A program made the position numbers and the translations under genes. A stretch of 64,000 nt of DNA from Eledone cirrhosa (lineage: Eukaryota): contig OZ024740.1 in the NCBI GenBank assembly GCA_964016885.1, positions 379,316,001 through 379,380,000 of the forward strand. Direction: 5' to 3'. Within the stretch, counting starts at the first letter, position 1. Every line of letters begins with the position of its first letter. The notes beneath the pieces were generated by a model. That model was not told the DNA's origin, searched no databases, and was given only the letters and a program-made list of their open reading frames with translations. Positions 43,282 to 56,660 of the stretch are shown here, one piece after another.

Positions 43282-45491
43282 AATATACATAAATGCAATA
43301 TATACATGTAAACATACATACACACGTGCTTGTCTGTTCGTTGAAGATATTTGTGTGCGTCTTCATATTCTTAAGTATGTAGGTGCACATATTTGTAGAC
43401 ACATCTGTATAAATACGTAACTTGATTACAATCAGCCTGGTACTAACAAACACCATTAACTGTAGAAACCTACTTGTAAAACAGCAACAAAGAAGTTATT
43501 TTCTAAAATATCATCTGGAAGCGCTGATAATATTTGGATCATCCAAAGTTTCGACTGAGCTTGATCGTACAAATAATTGACTGTACCATTCGTAAACTTC
43601 TATACCATATTGTATAAATAAATGTTCTTTTTATTTAATACGCCTACAATATACTTATAATTATGTTTAAGAGAAAAAACATAGCTTCCACATTGTTATT
43701 GTTTCCGAGGTCGATGTTGATATATATGTTAGATTTCCTATTTTACAACAGTATTTATTACCAGAGCGAGCGCTTCCATTAAGGCCTACTAGGCAGACCT
43801 TACAGAAACACATAAACTGAAACTTGAAGAAACATAGTTTTATGCAAATTTACATGGTTTCCTTAGATATATAATTCACCGCGATCAATAAATATATTAC
43901 TAAACATCTTTGCCGCGTAACAGCATTGTGGTAATATTAGAAGCTGTGGAGAGGGACATATAGTGTTATGACATGTCACGTGAATAGGCATGACGGAATG
44001 TGGACGGTGTAGTGGAAATCAAAACTTAAGTCATTTTCTTCCATTGGTCAGAGCAAGAAATATAAGTTGAAAATATCTTATTCCAGAAAATGGGACACAT
44101 AACTGGGAGCAGTGACACATGTTGCAGAGCTAGTCTAGGACACTAAATACCCAGGCTCCGACTCTGCTCACTATACGTATTACGAAACACCGGGTTTACT
44201 CTGCCGTTGCTACACCGAGTTTCTTACTTTTGACCGTTCGTTTGAAAATATCAAGACACAGGCAATAAATGCCTTGCCAGAAATAGAAGCCAAATCTCCT
44301 CCAAATTAGATATTGTCGTCTACTGAAGAACACATATCATCATGTAGTTTTCAGTAAAATGTGTATGGTAAAAATAAGGCAGAATCACAACTGAAATGCC
44401 TTTGATCATAAGGACTTTCGTGGGGTTAAGTGACAACTCAGAGTAGTGAGAGAATATACTTCGTATTAATAGATACACGTATATTTTAGTATACTCTTTT
44501 TTGTGGTATCACGATTCAAATTTCTAAATCCCTGCTCATATATGATGGGTGCTGAGTCACAAGGCCCAATCATCCTGTAGGTGCTTGTGTTTTTACCTAA
44601 GCCATCGGGCCCAGTAAGTATATAAGGTATATAGCATGAAATATCTTCATATTAGCAATAAAACTAAAATTGACATTAAGGTTATATTTATTGAATAATC
44701 TTCTATATTTATCGTAAGTATTAAAGTTATTATGAATTAAATTTAGAAACTTTTCAGTTTGAATTAATATTTAGCGAACGGATTGTAAACTGGACGATAT
44801 TTTGAAGTCTTGCTTTTAAGGTATCATAATAGTAAGTCACTGCTTTCTCTGTGTTTCACGTGAGCATAACAGAGAAAAGACTGGTTCTAAAGCACTAACT
44901 CAACGAAACCTGTTTAAGGGTTAAATCTGAGATTTTCGGAAAATGTAGATACAGCGATAAACTCATTTTATGTCAGGATTGTTGATCTTCACGTGGAAGG
45001 GAAGGTGAAATAGTCCTTTAGTGTATAACCGTTTATAAAAGGTAAACTGAAGTCAGTGGACAGCATAGCCACTGATATGAAAGGAACAATAAAGGACGTC
45101 TTTTGACAGGTTTATGTGGTTAGGATGTTTAATTTTCCACCTCTATCAGATGAAATCCTTCTACACTTAGTAAACGAATCTTAAAATGAACGTAAAAAAT
45201 ATAAAAGAAATACCGCCAACATTTACACTATAATCAACTTAAGTAAATTATTAAAACAAATACAAATATGTATTGGTAACATTAAATTAGCTATCTTAGT
45301 AATCGAGTAGCATGTTACAATTATTTATTAATACTGTTATAAATGTTGAAATATATATATATATATATTTAATACGACAAAATTTACACTAAAATATTCA
45401 ATTATAGAAAGATAGTAAGAAAAAAAACCCTCTACGATACCTATATGTTAATTCGATTTTCTTCTACATATTTTTTTTTTATAACTACCAG

Positions 45492-45627
45492 TATTTCGAA
45501 CACTTGGCATTCCAACACGTTGTGTAACTAATTTTAAATCAGCCCATGACAGTGATTATAGTGGCCCAGTAGATGCATATTGGTCGCCTGAAGGGAAACC
45601 ACGGAAATTATACGACGATGCCATCTG
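45492..45627 (+). CDS. Transglutaminase exon
   Basis: accAG / GTGAGT junctions; the phase 1 start fits the previous exon. (I)FRTLGIPTRCVTNFKSAHDSDYSGPVDAYWSPEGKPRKLYDDAIW matches TGase 'R.LGIP.R.VTNF.SAHD'. Not in the ORF track. Confidence 0.95.
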
Positions 45628-45889
45628 GTGAGTAAATGCTTTTATACGATATTCTTTTGTCAATCCTTTTTAATTACAACGTTTATGTTATTCGATGTGT
45701 TGAGAAAATTTGCAGAGGATAATTGTATATGTGTATGCATATATATAAATATATATATAAATATACACCATATATATATATATATTTTTTTTTAAGGAAC
45801 GATCGACTTTCGTCAAATCGGACCGAGGAAACAATGTTTCCATTGGTCTTTCCAATTGCTAATACTATCTATCGGTCGCAACTCCAGGT

Positions 45890-46012
45890 AGAAGGAGCAA
45901 CGTGAAATAAAGTGTCTTGCTCAAGGACATAACGCATTGCCTGGTCTGAGAATCGAACTCACAACCTCACGATTGCGAATCCAATTCTCTAACCACTCAG
46001 CCACACGCCTTC
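45890..46012 (-). mobile_element. SINE family B (partial)
   Basis: Same A/B boxes and core as 12230. Confidence 0.8.
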
Positions 46013-46047
<35 letters not shown>

Positions 46048-46155
46048 CATACACATTTATATATATATATACATACACATATATATATATACGTATATAT
46101 ATATATATATACATACACACACATATATATATATATATATATAGGAACCAGTAAG

Positions 46156-46249
46156 ACCCCGACAGCTGAGCTCAAGCCGTTTCGACGGCTAATTCTGGAC
46201 TAAATGAAAATTTATCCTGGTATTTAAATAGCCGATCTTCTCAAGGGGT
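46156..46249 (-). ncRNA. Hammerhead in the 3' pseudo-LTR of PLE 1 (U3-A8 variant)
   Basis: Reverse complement of 48826-48919. Confidence 0.8.
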
Positions 46250-48825
46250 AATTCCATATATGGTCAAAGTGATTGTCAAAAATCAGTAGTAATTCTGTGG
46301 TTGCAAATTAGTAGGGGAGATGGTGGCTAAACCTGCCAGTAGGCGAAAGAGGGGAGGGGGTGGAGTAGACCCAATCAAGCGTTGGTAGTGCCAGCTACAG
46401 CTGGGCATGAGGTCAAAGAAGATACAGGGGAGGGGAAGGGGGAGGAAGTCGGAACGGTAGGTAGAACAATGGGGGGTAGAAATATATAGGAAAGAAAAAA
46501 TACTGAGAGTGAAGAAAAGCAAATAAGTGTAAAGAAAAAAGTAAAGTAAATTAAATTCTACGACCTAGGTCTCTAGCTATTGTTAGGCTAGAATAAATAA
46601 ATAAAGAAAGAAAGAAGTAAAGAAAGAAATAAAGAAATAACGAAATAAGTAAAAGAACTAGGTGGGACGGATAAGGCAAGGACCCTTTTAAGAGGTATGA
46701 GTACGTAAATGATACGGTGACGGGTCAACAAAAGGGGCCAAAATACTAAAGAGACTACCACGAAATAAACAATAAAGGTTTCCATCCCGGGCACAATGCC
46801 AGCAACCACCCAGTGCAGCAAAGTGAACTTGTACGAGATAATAATTCTGAGTCCCGAGAAAAATATATACTAATGCTAACTCTAAAAGATCTAAAACAAG
46901 CTACAAGAAAGTTCGTACGAAGTAAAGGTAGAATACGGAAAAATAAATTCAGAATCCACCCCGCCCAAAAGAAAAGCGAAGAAAGAAATACTGAAACGAA
47001 AAAATAAGGCATAAGTGCCACTAAGAAATATAGAGGGCACAGAGAATAGTGGGAGCGGTCAGAAAAAGGGGACAAGTATCCGGGGTCTAAACCAACTGCT
47101 ATAAAGGGCGGAGTCCGCCAAATCTATCATAGACTAGGGGAGGGGGTGGAGGTACTTAGGCTACAAGGGGCCAAAGGGCAGCCTCGGGTGGGCGAGAAAA
47201 GACGCCGACAAAGGAGAAGAGCTGGGGTAGAAGGACTAAGGAGAGAAGGGGGAAGGAAATAAAGGAAGCGATAAAAGAATACAAAGAAGATCTTACGTCT
47301 CCCTTGGCAAGCAGGGGTTACCCATTGCAAAATCGGCAAGTGGGGTGTTATAGCCCTAGTCTGCCCCCCCCCCCGGGTCATTATGGGGTTTGAGGGTGAG
47401 GTAAGTCCTACGCAATCTATGTTTACATGCAGTAACCAGTTCATCTTTCTTGTTTAGGAGTTGGTCCGTCGAAAACAGCATTTGTAAAGTTTCCTCCGAG
47501 CATAAATTGCACGGACGGCGTCCTCCCGTGTAAGAATTGGCTCTGGACAGTAATCTCCAAGTGAGATCATAGGTGATGTTGTTGTCCTTGAGGTCCCATA
47601 TGTGGCCCGAAAGTGTAGTGGCGTGACGCCGGGCCGGGTTTCGGAAGGTATGTCTATGTTGGTATAGCCGCGTCTTGAAGTCACATGCGGTAAGTCCTAT
47701 ATAGGCTTTGTTGGAGGTATCCATCCTCACGTTGCACTGGTAGATCACATTACGGTCTCTGCATCTATTGTCGAGTGGGCAAATAGATCTATCCCGGCAG
47801 TTACACCTCCTGGTCGGTTCTCCACTGCTATTTAGGTTATTTCTGCCATCGGGGTTGATTTTTTTGTTGTTAGAGGAGACGATGTTTTGTGCGAAGTTTG
47901 GTGTAGTGCTGTAAGAGAGTTTGATGGTATTTTTGTTAATTATGTTGTGGTAGCGGTGTTGTAATGGGAAGTGTTTTTCAATGAGCCTAAAGAATAGTTT
48001 CCCGATGGGAGTTGTCACCTCTGCGTTGTGGGGAGGATTGAACCATGTTACATTGCGTGAGCGGCGGTGTCTCCTGCTGGTTCCGCTAATGGGAGCTGGA
48101 CAGTAGGATATTTCCTCCCGGAAATCACTCCGCTTGAGGGCCTGATTGTAATAAGGCGCATGTTCATCGAATATCCGCTCATTAGCTGACAAACGGGATA
48201 TGCGGAGGGAGATGTTTTTGACCAGGTTGTTTGTGATGTTCCTAGGATGGTTTGATCGGCGGTGGATGTAGTGCAGATTGTCATTAGGTTTCCTGTATGG
48301 GTAGTACAGGTCGTTTTCGAGGTCGAGGGTCACGTCCAGGAAGTTTACTCGGGTCAGGGACGTTTGTAGGGTTATTTTAAATCCCCAGTCGCGGAAGAAT
48401 CTGATTAATTGTTTCCGGACCCGATCTGTACTACTGGGGTTGTACCCTTTAAGGGTAAGGAGCCCATCATCACGGTACAATCCACCACCGAATGCAGGAA
48501 ACATATCAGTGAGTTTGGCTATTAGGAATAATCCTATAAGATCTGTGACCTCCGCCGAATCCGTGGCGCCCATGCTGACGTCGAAGGGTGAGTCGGGAGC
48601 TCTTTTTATCCATTTAGAGTCGTCAAAGAGTAAGACTGTCTTCCTGGCGTGGAGGATGATTTTTCTTTCCTGGTCGGTGATGGGCACAAGTGTTTCGGCG
48701 AAGTCCAAGGCGGCAGTAAGTAGCGGTAAGGTGATTGAAGCATAGTAGCCACCATCTCCCCTACTAATTTGCAACCACAGAATTACTACTGATTTTTGAC
48801 AATCACTTTGACCATATATGGAATT

Positions 48826-48919
48826 ACCCCTTGAGAAGATCGGCTATTTAAATACCAGGATAAATTTTCATTTAGTCCAGAATTAGCCGTCGAAACGGCT
48901 TGAGCTCAGCTGTCGGGGT
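48826..48919 (+). ncRNA. Hammerhead in the inverted pseudo-LTR of PLE 1 (U3-A8 variant)
   Basis: ACCCC-TTGAGAA-GAtCGGCTA...TAGCCGTC-GAAA-CGGCT tgagctc AGCTG-TC-GGGGT: all three stems pair, GUC site. Confidence 0.82.
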
Positions 48920-49010
48920 CTTACTGGTTCCTATTACCCACTCTACTACGTCAAGTATTGAGTACTTTGGTGCGTTATGGTCCACCTGGTTCCTTACCAC
49001 ATTTCCTTCG

Positions 49011-49079
<69 letters not shown>

Positions 49080-49102
49080 ATATATATTATATATATATAT
49101 AT

Positions 49103-49134
<32 letters not shown>

Positions 49135-49150
49135 ATATATATTATATATA

Positions 49151-49550
<400 letters not shown>

Positions 49551-49717
49551 TATGTATATATATATATGGTATAATTAACATTTCATACACTTAACATGAA
49601 TGTGAGACCTTAGGTTTCGTGGTCCAGTTATGGCCACCATTGTATAGTGGAGGAGCCGTTTCAATACTGGCTTCTGTTCGGATGCCAGAACAAAATTAAT
49701 ATCCTGCACACACACGC

Positions 49718-49758
<41 letters not shown>

Positions 49759-49774
49759 AACAATCTATCTCCTG

Positions 49775-49851
<77 letters not shown>

Positions 49852-51921
49852 ACATATATATATGAATATGATGAGAGTGAGGCAAGGAAAAATTCCATAA
49901 AGGTTACGAGCTTTGAAAATGTAATTTACAAAAACATTTTAAATATTTAAAATGTACTCTTCTCAATAAAACTTACGATACGTGTATACCCAATTATTTT
50001 TCCTTTTCAAAACACATTTGATATTACCAACTACGCCGTATCTATTGACAAGACAACTTGGTTTAACTAGTTGATCCAAGTGTAAATAAGTACCACGCAC
50101 ATTTAAGCTCATGAGAAGTTCTCATGAAATTTGATGGTTCTATCAAAATAACTTGTCCAAGGGAAAGTAGAAAACGAAGGCTTCAAATTTTACCCATACA
50201 ACCCAATTGATTGTGGGGCCCATATTTTCATAACAAGCACATTATGAATTTTTAATCATAAAAATGTGTATATAAGATCTCTTTTCATGATTCGCTTATA
50301 AAGTTGTTTGATTGTCTTTATTAAGCCATAGCGATGTCAATTGCTAATTTCCAGGTAGAGTTATTTGATTAATAGGTTCACATAAGTGAAAACATCGGTG
50401 TACCGTTGTAATGTTTGCATAGACGTATGCATGGCTGCATTGTTATGTAGACCGCATCTGTGAATACGTGGATGACTGTGTGGTCAAGACGTTCGCAATG
50501 AGTAAGAGCATTGGCTGAGATTAATAAGATTACATAAGTGAAAGCATGGCTGTATGGTTAAGAAGTTCGCTTCACAACTACACGGATTTGAGTTCGTTGT
50601 TACTGTGCAGCACATTGGACAAATGTCTTCTTCTATAACGACCAAAGCATTGGAATTGACGTTTGGTGCAGGAGAATTTTATAAAAGACCGTCCTAGGAA
50701 ACTATCCATGTTCTGGGTAATACATAATTTAGTTTAACATCACCAACTGGCCATTGGAAGTTCAATCTGTTGCAAATAATTAGACCAGGCCTCTTCCAGT
50801 CTTGGGATAACTTACTCCATTCTTCTCAACATGCTCGGAGGCCTCAAAAAGGTCATGAGCAGTATATTCCTCGCCTCACTAAGCTATAAAAGTAGCTAAA
50901 TTGTTAGTTAACTTAATCTGTAAACCAGTTCTGATTCTCATTTGAAGTCGATTCACTTCATTTAGTTACATCGTATGATCTCATTCTCTATAAATCTGTG
51001 GATTAGCACTTAAGTTGAAAATCAATTATACAGTAATCAGTATGAAGATATTTTCAGCTAGTTGAACTGATTTCTGTTATATTATGCGTGCTTATTTTAT
51101 CAACTCAGGAAATATGAAAATCAAATTAAAATCTCTTTTGTTTGAACATAGTTATGTGACGTATTCTAAAGAATTTAAACCAACGCTTTAATATCTACAG
51201 GAAATAAATAATTTCATAAATAGAAACAACAACAAACATATACGGTTATACCAAACTCTGTGGTTTCCTAAATATTTACCTCTTAATCGACATTAGGAAA
51301 TCTTAATCTTCCCTGCTGTCAGATAATGTTTATTATGGAGAAGTGGGGAACCACATTCTCATCTAAGTTTTTTTTAAATTCCTGTCAGTGATTAAGTTGA
51401 ATAATCATCTTTAAAATATTTCAGCTTCGTTTCTGTTACTGTTCCTTTGGTAACGAAAATGCTGTTGTTGCCAAAATTGGTAGAGGGAGTGAGGGGGTTA
51501 TTACATATTATATAATACAAAAGAATTGATAGTTATATAAGCGTGTATGTGTGCGTGTTTGTGTGTGTGTATGCATATGTTTGTGCGTGCGTTTGTTTGT
51601 GAGTGTGTGTGTGTGAGGGATGCATGTGCGGTAGTAGTGCATCATGTAATGGTATATATTATATATTAGTGACACATTATCTGATATGAAATTCTCTTAC
51701 AAATCGTAGAATCAAATGGTTTTATGCTAAATCATAAGGCATGAAAAATATTTATCAGTTTCACATTACAAGTATGTCACACTAATAAAGAGTTCGATTT
51801 ATAGCCACCAGGGTTTGTATTTCCTACCAATGCGCGACGCCCTGAGCAAGTATCTACTATGGTCTAGTGTTGACCAATTTACTGGGAATAAAATTTGGTT
51901 GACAGAAATCCCAAAGCACGT

Positions 51922-51964
<43 letters not shown>

Positions 51965-53027
51965 CGATATATGTGTGTGTGTGTGAGAGATCGATAAAAT
52001 AAGCTCCAAACATTAAAATTTAAAAGAAGTACTGGGATTGACTAATGTGCGTATGCATGTGTGCAGTAATTTTTTATGATAATCTATGTATGTGTATATA
52101 TCGTCTACAAGAATCGTTTGTAAGTTCTCAAATCCTAATTGAATGTATAATGAATAATAATTAATCACGAGTTGAGTGCTGATCAAAACTGAAATTGGAG
52201 AAACAAGTAAAATTAATTAACACTTATATGATGAAGATGAAAAGCAAAATTACAAATTACCCAAGAGCCGTTTTATTGAAAAGTTAACGTTTCAACTACG
52301 TGCCGCTGGGACATGTCGGCATCGGTGATCTATATCTATTTTGGGCACTGTGTTAGTAATGATGGACTTCAGATATTTTATAGTGTTATGGGATCGTTGG
52401 TTAACTTCCCTCTCAAATACGCCTAAATGTAGTCCAAAGGATTCAAGTCTGACGATCTAGGAGGTCATATGTTTCGAGTGACGTGATCGTGGAGATGGTA
52501 ACTCATCCATGCTTGGGTCGTCTTGGCCTTATGAGATGACGAAGGGACTTTTTGCTAGGTTGTTCTTTGTACACACTCTCTATCTAAGGCCTCACTACCC
52601 TCCCTAACGTCATCTTATAGTTTCAAGTATTGAACCTTAACCCATGAAGTAAAACGTAAAGCGTCATAAAATCTCCAGCGTTACTCATGATTACCAGAAT
52701 CATCACAGTTGCCGGAAACTTTGTATGCATGACCGTTGTAGCGTCATTAGGGTCTCTTCATAACCGTCTGTGATTTCTTGAACATTTGGTCTTGACAAAG
52801 TTGTTTTCTCACATGAGAAAAGCTAAAGCATTCCAGATTCTTGGTGTTTCAACTTGCGCAACAAGCGATTTGCGTGGATAAGACGGTAATCTTTTGTCTT
52901 TGCTGACATAAATTGGCTCTCCGCATCATATAAGACTTGTATCGAAGGTCCCCATACACAATACTTCCGACAGTGTGTCTTGAGCTCCTTAGTAATTGCG
53001 TTAATTGATTTCATATATATATTATAA

Positions 53028-53278
53028 GTGGAGGCACGCACCCGAGTGGTAAGAGTGTTGGACTTACGGCCATGGCGTTGTGGGTTCAATTCCTGGACTG
53101 GATTGTGTGTTGTGTTCTTGAGCAAAACACTTCATTTCACGTTGCTCCTGTATACTCAGCTGAAAATTAGTACCAGCAATAGCTGGGGATTTAACCCTGC
53201 GATGGACTATCATCCTGTCCAGTCGATGTCTTGTACCCTCAGTCACTTAACGCCAGGGAAGCCAGGATAAGCACTGGA
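53028..53278 (+). mobile_element. SINE family B
   Basis: GAGTGGTAAGAGTGTTGG...GGTTCAATTCC...CTTGAGCAAAACACTTCATTTCACGTTGCTCC. Confidence 0.85.
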
Positions 53279-53718
53279 GAAAAAAAGGTGCGTGTGTCTT
53301 TGTCTGTTTCTTTCTCTTTTTGTCCATATCGTTTGCATAATAAAAGAATTTGTTATTTTATGAAAAAATATCCATTACTTTAAACCTTTTCATTATTTGT
53401 TTTTACATCAATATCAGTTACATTTATTTAAGGTTTCTATCACTAAAGGGCTATCAATAACACTCTTGCATACAATGGTCCTATCTTTAATAACCTTTTT
53501 TTAGATAACAGTGTGTTTTAAAATGTTAGAAAATAAGCACCAATGCCCGAACTCTTAACTATATTCATTTAGGAACATCAACCTGCTACTCAGCGTTTTA
53601 TATGTATGTTTTGTTTCTGTAGTGAGTTTTTTATGGGGTAGGTGTACCGGCCATACATCGAACTTTTCTTCTTTTTCAATCAGGCATAGGAGTGAGGTTG
53701 GAGAAATCAGGTAACGAA

Positions 53719-53905
<187 letters not shown>

Positions 53906-53910
53906 TGTGT

Positions 53911-54748
53911 GTGTATACTTGAGAGTCTCTAATAAGTATGTCGTCAGGTATCTACTATGTCGGAAGTAAACTCACAACCCGTTGCTCAATCTGCTAGAAA
54001 TAATATCCAAATTTCTTTCAAATCAAACTAACCTTCTTTATAAAGGAAACGACGAACTAGATAAAGTAGTCTTACTTTTTATTTTTCACAGAAATACCTT
54101 TGATCATAGGTTTGCTGAATTTCAGGACAGAGCTGAGGATAACTCTACCTAATCACATTACTGCTTAAAATACAAACCTAATCTAATCTTTCTCAAATTA
54201 CTTCCTATAATCTTGAAAAGAGGGGGGCAATTGATATGCAATGCTCTAAAATGTTGGGGTTGGCATGATGTGAGTACTTTCATCATATGTATAATCCTCT
54301 ATGGCTTATCTGGCACTAAACGGCTGCAGTGCTGCCAAGTCAGCGTATGTGCGTATGTTTAGTTAATTGAAACTGATTGGTTAGTTCGGATCTTACTGTA
54401 TAGCCAAAACACGATCTTGACTACATATCAATAGAGATGAGCCCGACACATTTGATGTTACATTTGGCACCTTTGAAGAGTTTTATACATAACGTGCATA
54501 TATGAATGGTATCTGACTCGGGTACAGAGCCGTTAATTTTTACGAGATTGTGAAAATTAAAAAGTAAGACTACTTTATCTAGTTCGTCCTTTCCTTTTTA
54601 AAGATGGTGAGTTTGATTTGAAAGAAATTTGGATATTATTTCTAGCAGATTGAGCAACGGGTTGTGACTTTACTTCCGACATAGTAGAGCTACGCTAGTT
54701 ATCCGATATCTGACGACATACTCATTAGAGACTCTCAAGTATACACAC
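53911..54748. repeat. ~120-140-bp inverted repeat pair
   Basis: 53911-54028 matches the reverse complement of 54611-54748 with one ~20-nt indel. Confidence 0.85.
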
Positions 54749-54879
54749 ATGCATTTCGTATTCTGAACCATTAGTAGTCACTATCAATCTGCTAATAAAG
54801 ACAATTAATTCTTCTTCAAATCACACCAATAAATCTAATAAAATGAAGGATAAAGTATAACTGCATTTATATTCGTTTC

Positions 54880-55093
54880 TGATTTAGACTCAAAGCCAAA
54901 TATTTGGTGGGGGAGAGGAAAGTCGATTAAACCGACACCAGTGCATTACTGGTACTTAATTGTATTGACCCCATAAGGATGAAAGGCATAGCTAACCTCG
55001 GCAGGATTTGAACTCAGATTGTAAAGGGTCGTAACTCTATGCTGCAAAACATGTTGTAGTCCGATGCTCTACCGATACTGCCAATCCACCACC
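54880..55093 (-). mobile_element. SINE family A
   Basis: GACCCCATAAGGATGAAAGGC...GATTTGAACTCAG...GCCAATCCACC. Confidence 0.82.
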
Positions 55094-55805
55094 TAGTCGC
55101 ATATATACTAGATCTGAAAATAAGATGGGATGAGCACGACTAGAACATAGGACTGCTCTATCTGGACACATTGAGGTTTAACAAAAACAGCATAAAAATT
55201 AATATGAATTGGCTTCAACTAGGAAACGAAATCGAACCTTGACATCGACAAACAGTAACATTTTCTGTATTTCTGGTATTAACAAGTAAGATTATATACA
55301 TTCTTTGCAGGTTGTTGGTTTATTTGTAACAATGCTTACACTTATTGAATAAAATACTACATCCCTCATGACGTAAATTATTCCATAGTTACATTGTAGT
55401 AAATATCTTGAAAAGGAATCATCGAAGAAAGGAATATTACCATAGCAACAGGTGATGGAAATATGGCGCAAATGTTCGTACGTAAATATATTTGGAATTA
55501 TAATGGAACCAATAATAGCAAGAAACAATTGAAAGGAAAACAAACCAGAATCACTTACAATACTTATCGAATACCAATTTTTATTTATTAGGCAAACACT
55601 GTAGAACAAAAGGTAAGCCCCCAGCAAGTCGAGCACCATATGCAATAGCGATACCCAGTAAAAAGGTATTTCATTTCCCTTACATCATTTATTCTATTGG
55701 CAAAAGCATGAACACCACATCATAACGTTTGATCTAGTCAAACGTAAACAATATTTGGCTTTGTTTAAGCAACAATTACGTAGATAATGTGTTTGAGTGT
55801 ATGCA

Positions 55806-55886
<81 letters not shown>

Positions 55887-55887
55887 G

Positions 55888-55974
<87 letters not shown>

Positions 55975-56058
55975 CAAACCCATGCAAGCGTAGAAGATGG
56001 ACATTAAACGATGATGATGATGATGATATATATATATATATATATTTAATATAGAAAT

Positions 56059-56110
56059 GGCTCCTGCAGGACTAGAACTGTTTCATTCGGGAGAAATCAT
56101 CAGGAAAGCC
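56059..56110 (-). ncRNA. Hammerhead-like motif, cleavage triplet mutated
   Basis: Reverse complement GGCTTTC-CTGATGA-tTTCtcccGAAt-GAAA-CAGttctagtcCTG-CA-GGAGCC. Confidence 0.55.
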
Positions 56111-56137
56111 CTGGCTTTCCTGATGATTTATATATAT

Positions 56138-56507
56138 AGATATATTTTCTTTAGGTCGTTTTGGAAGCCTCAACAATGCAGATGGGTAATTCTCCGGGTA
56201 ACGAGATCCGGTGGTGAAGAGAGAGATGTAAGTGAATGTAGAATGAAATGTATAGTGTGTAGAAGAACGTAGGAAAGAGCGTAAAAAATAAAAATATTAA
56301 CTCGAGATAGAGTTACCTTAATTCTCTCCCAAGGTAACTCTATCTCGTGTTAATATTTTTATTTTTTACGCTCTTTCCTACGTTCTTCTACACACTATAC
56401 ATCTCATTCTACATTCACTTACTCTCTTGACCACCGTATCTTGTTACCCGGAGAATTACCCATCTGCATTGTTGAGGCTTCCAAAACGACCTAAAGAAAA
56501 TATATCT
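56138..56507. repeat. ~370-bp palindrome with right-hand tail
   Basis: Arms of about 180 bp around loop 56320-56330; tail 56508-56548; (TA)n flanks. Confidence 0.93.
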
Positions 56508-56563
56508 TATTATTCCACAATGTTTCAAGCAAACTTCAATACTCTCTTATATATATATATATG

Positions 56564-56659
<96 letters not shown>

Positions 56660-56660
<1 letters not shown>

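Larger units (their letters stand above)
46141..49012 (-). mobile_element. Penelope-like element 1 (probably Hydra clade), 5'-truncated, with inverted pseudo-LTRs, inserted in (TA)n
   Basis: Uninterrupted frame 48745-47356: FDVSMGA.DSAE, GLYRDDGL, NFLDVTLDL, CNCRDRSIC (CxCx5C), VIY...AYIGLT GIY-YIG, LNKKDE. 189-bp inverted repeats 46141-46329 / 48746-48934 and a 78-nt tail 48935-49012. (TA)n on both sides. Confidence 0.93.

Noticed and set aside
48746-48774. Start of the 472-aa ORF as a real initiation site
   Set aside because: It lies in the inverted pseudo-LTR; RT homology begins mid-domain at ~48745.
49600-49700. Two GAAA...TC half-hammerhead patterns on the minus strand
   Set aside because: No core 1 found upstream of either.
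52300-53000. Possible decayed LINE RT C-terminus on the minus strand
   Set aside because: Only a weak 'YCVWGP' resemblance; the clade cannot be supported by eye.
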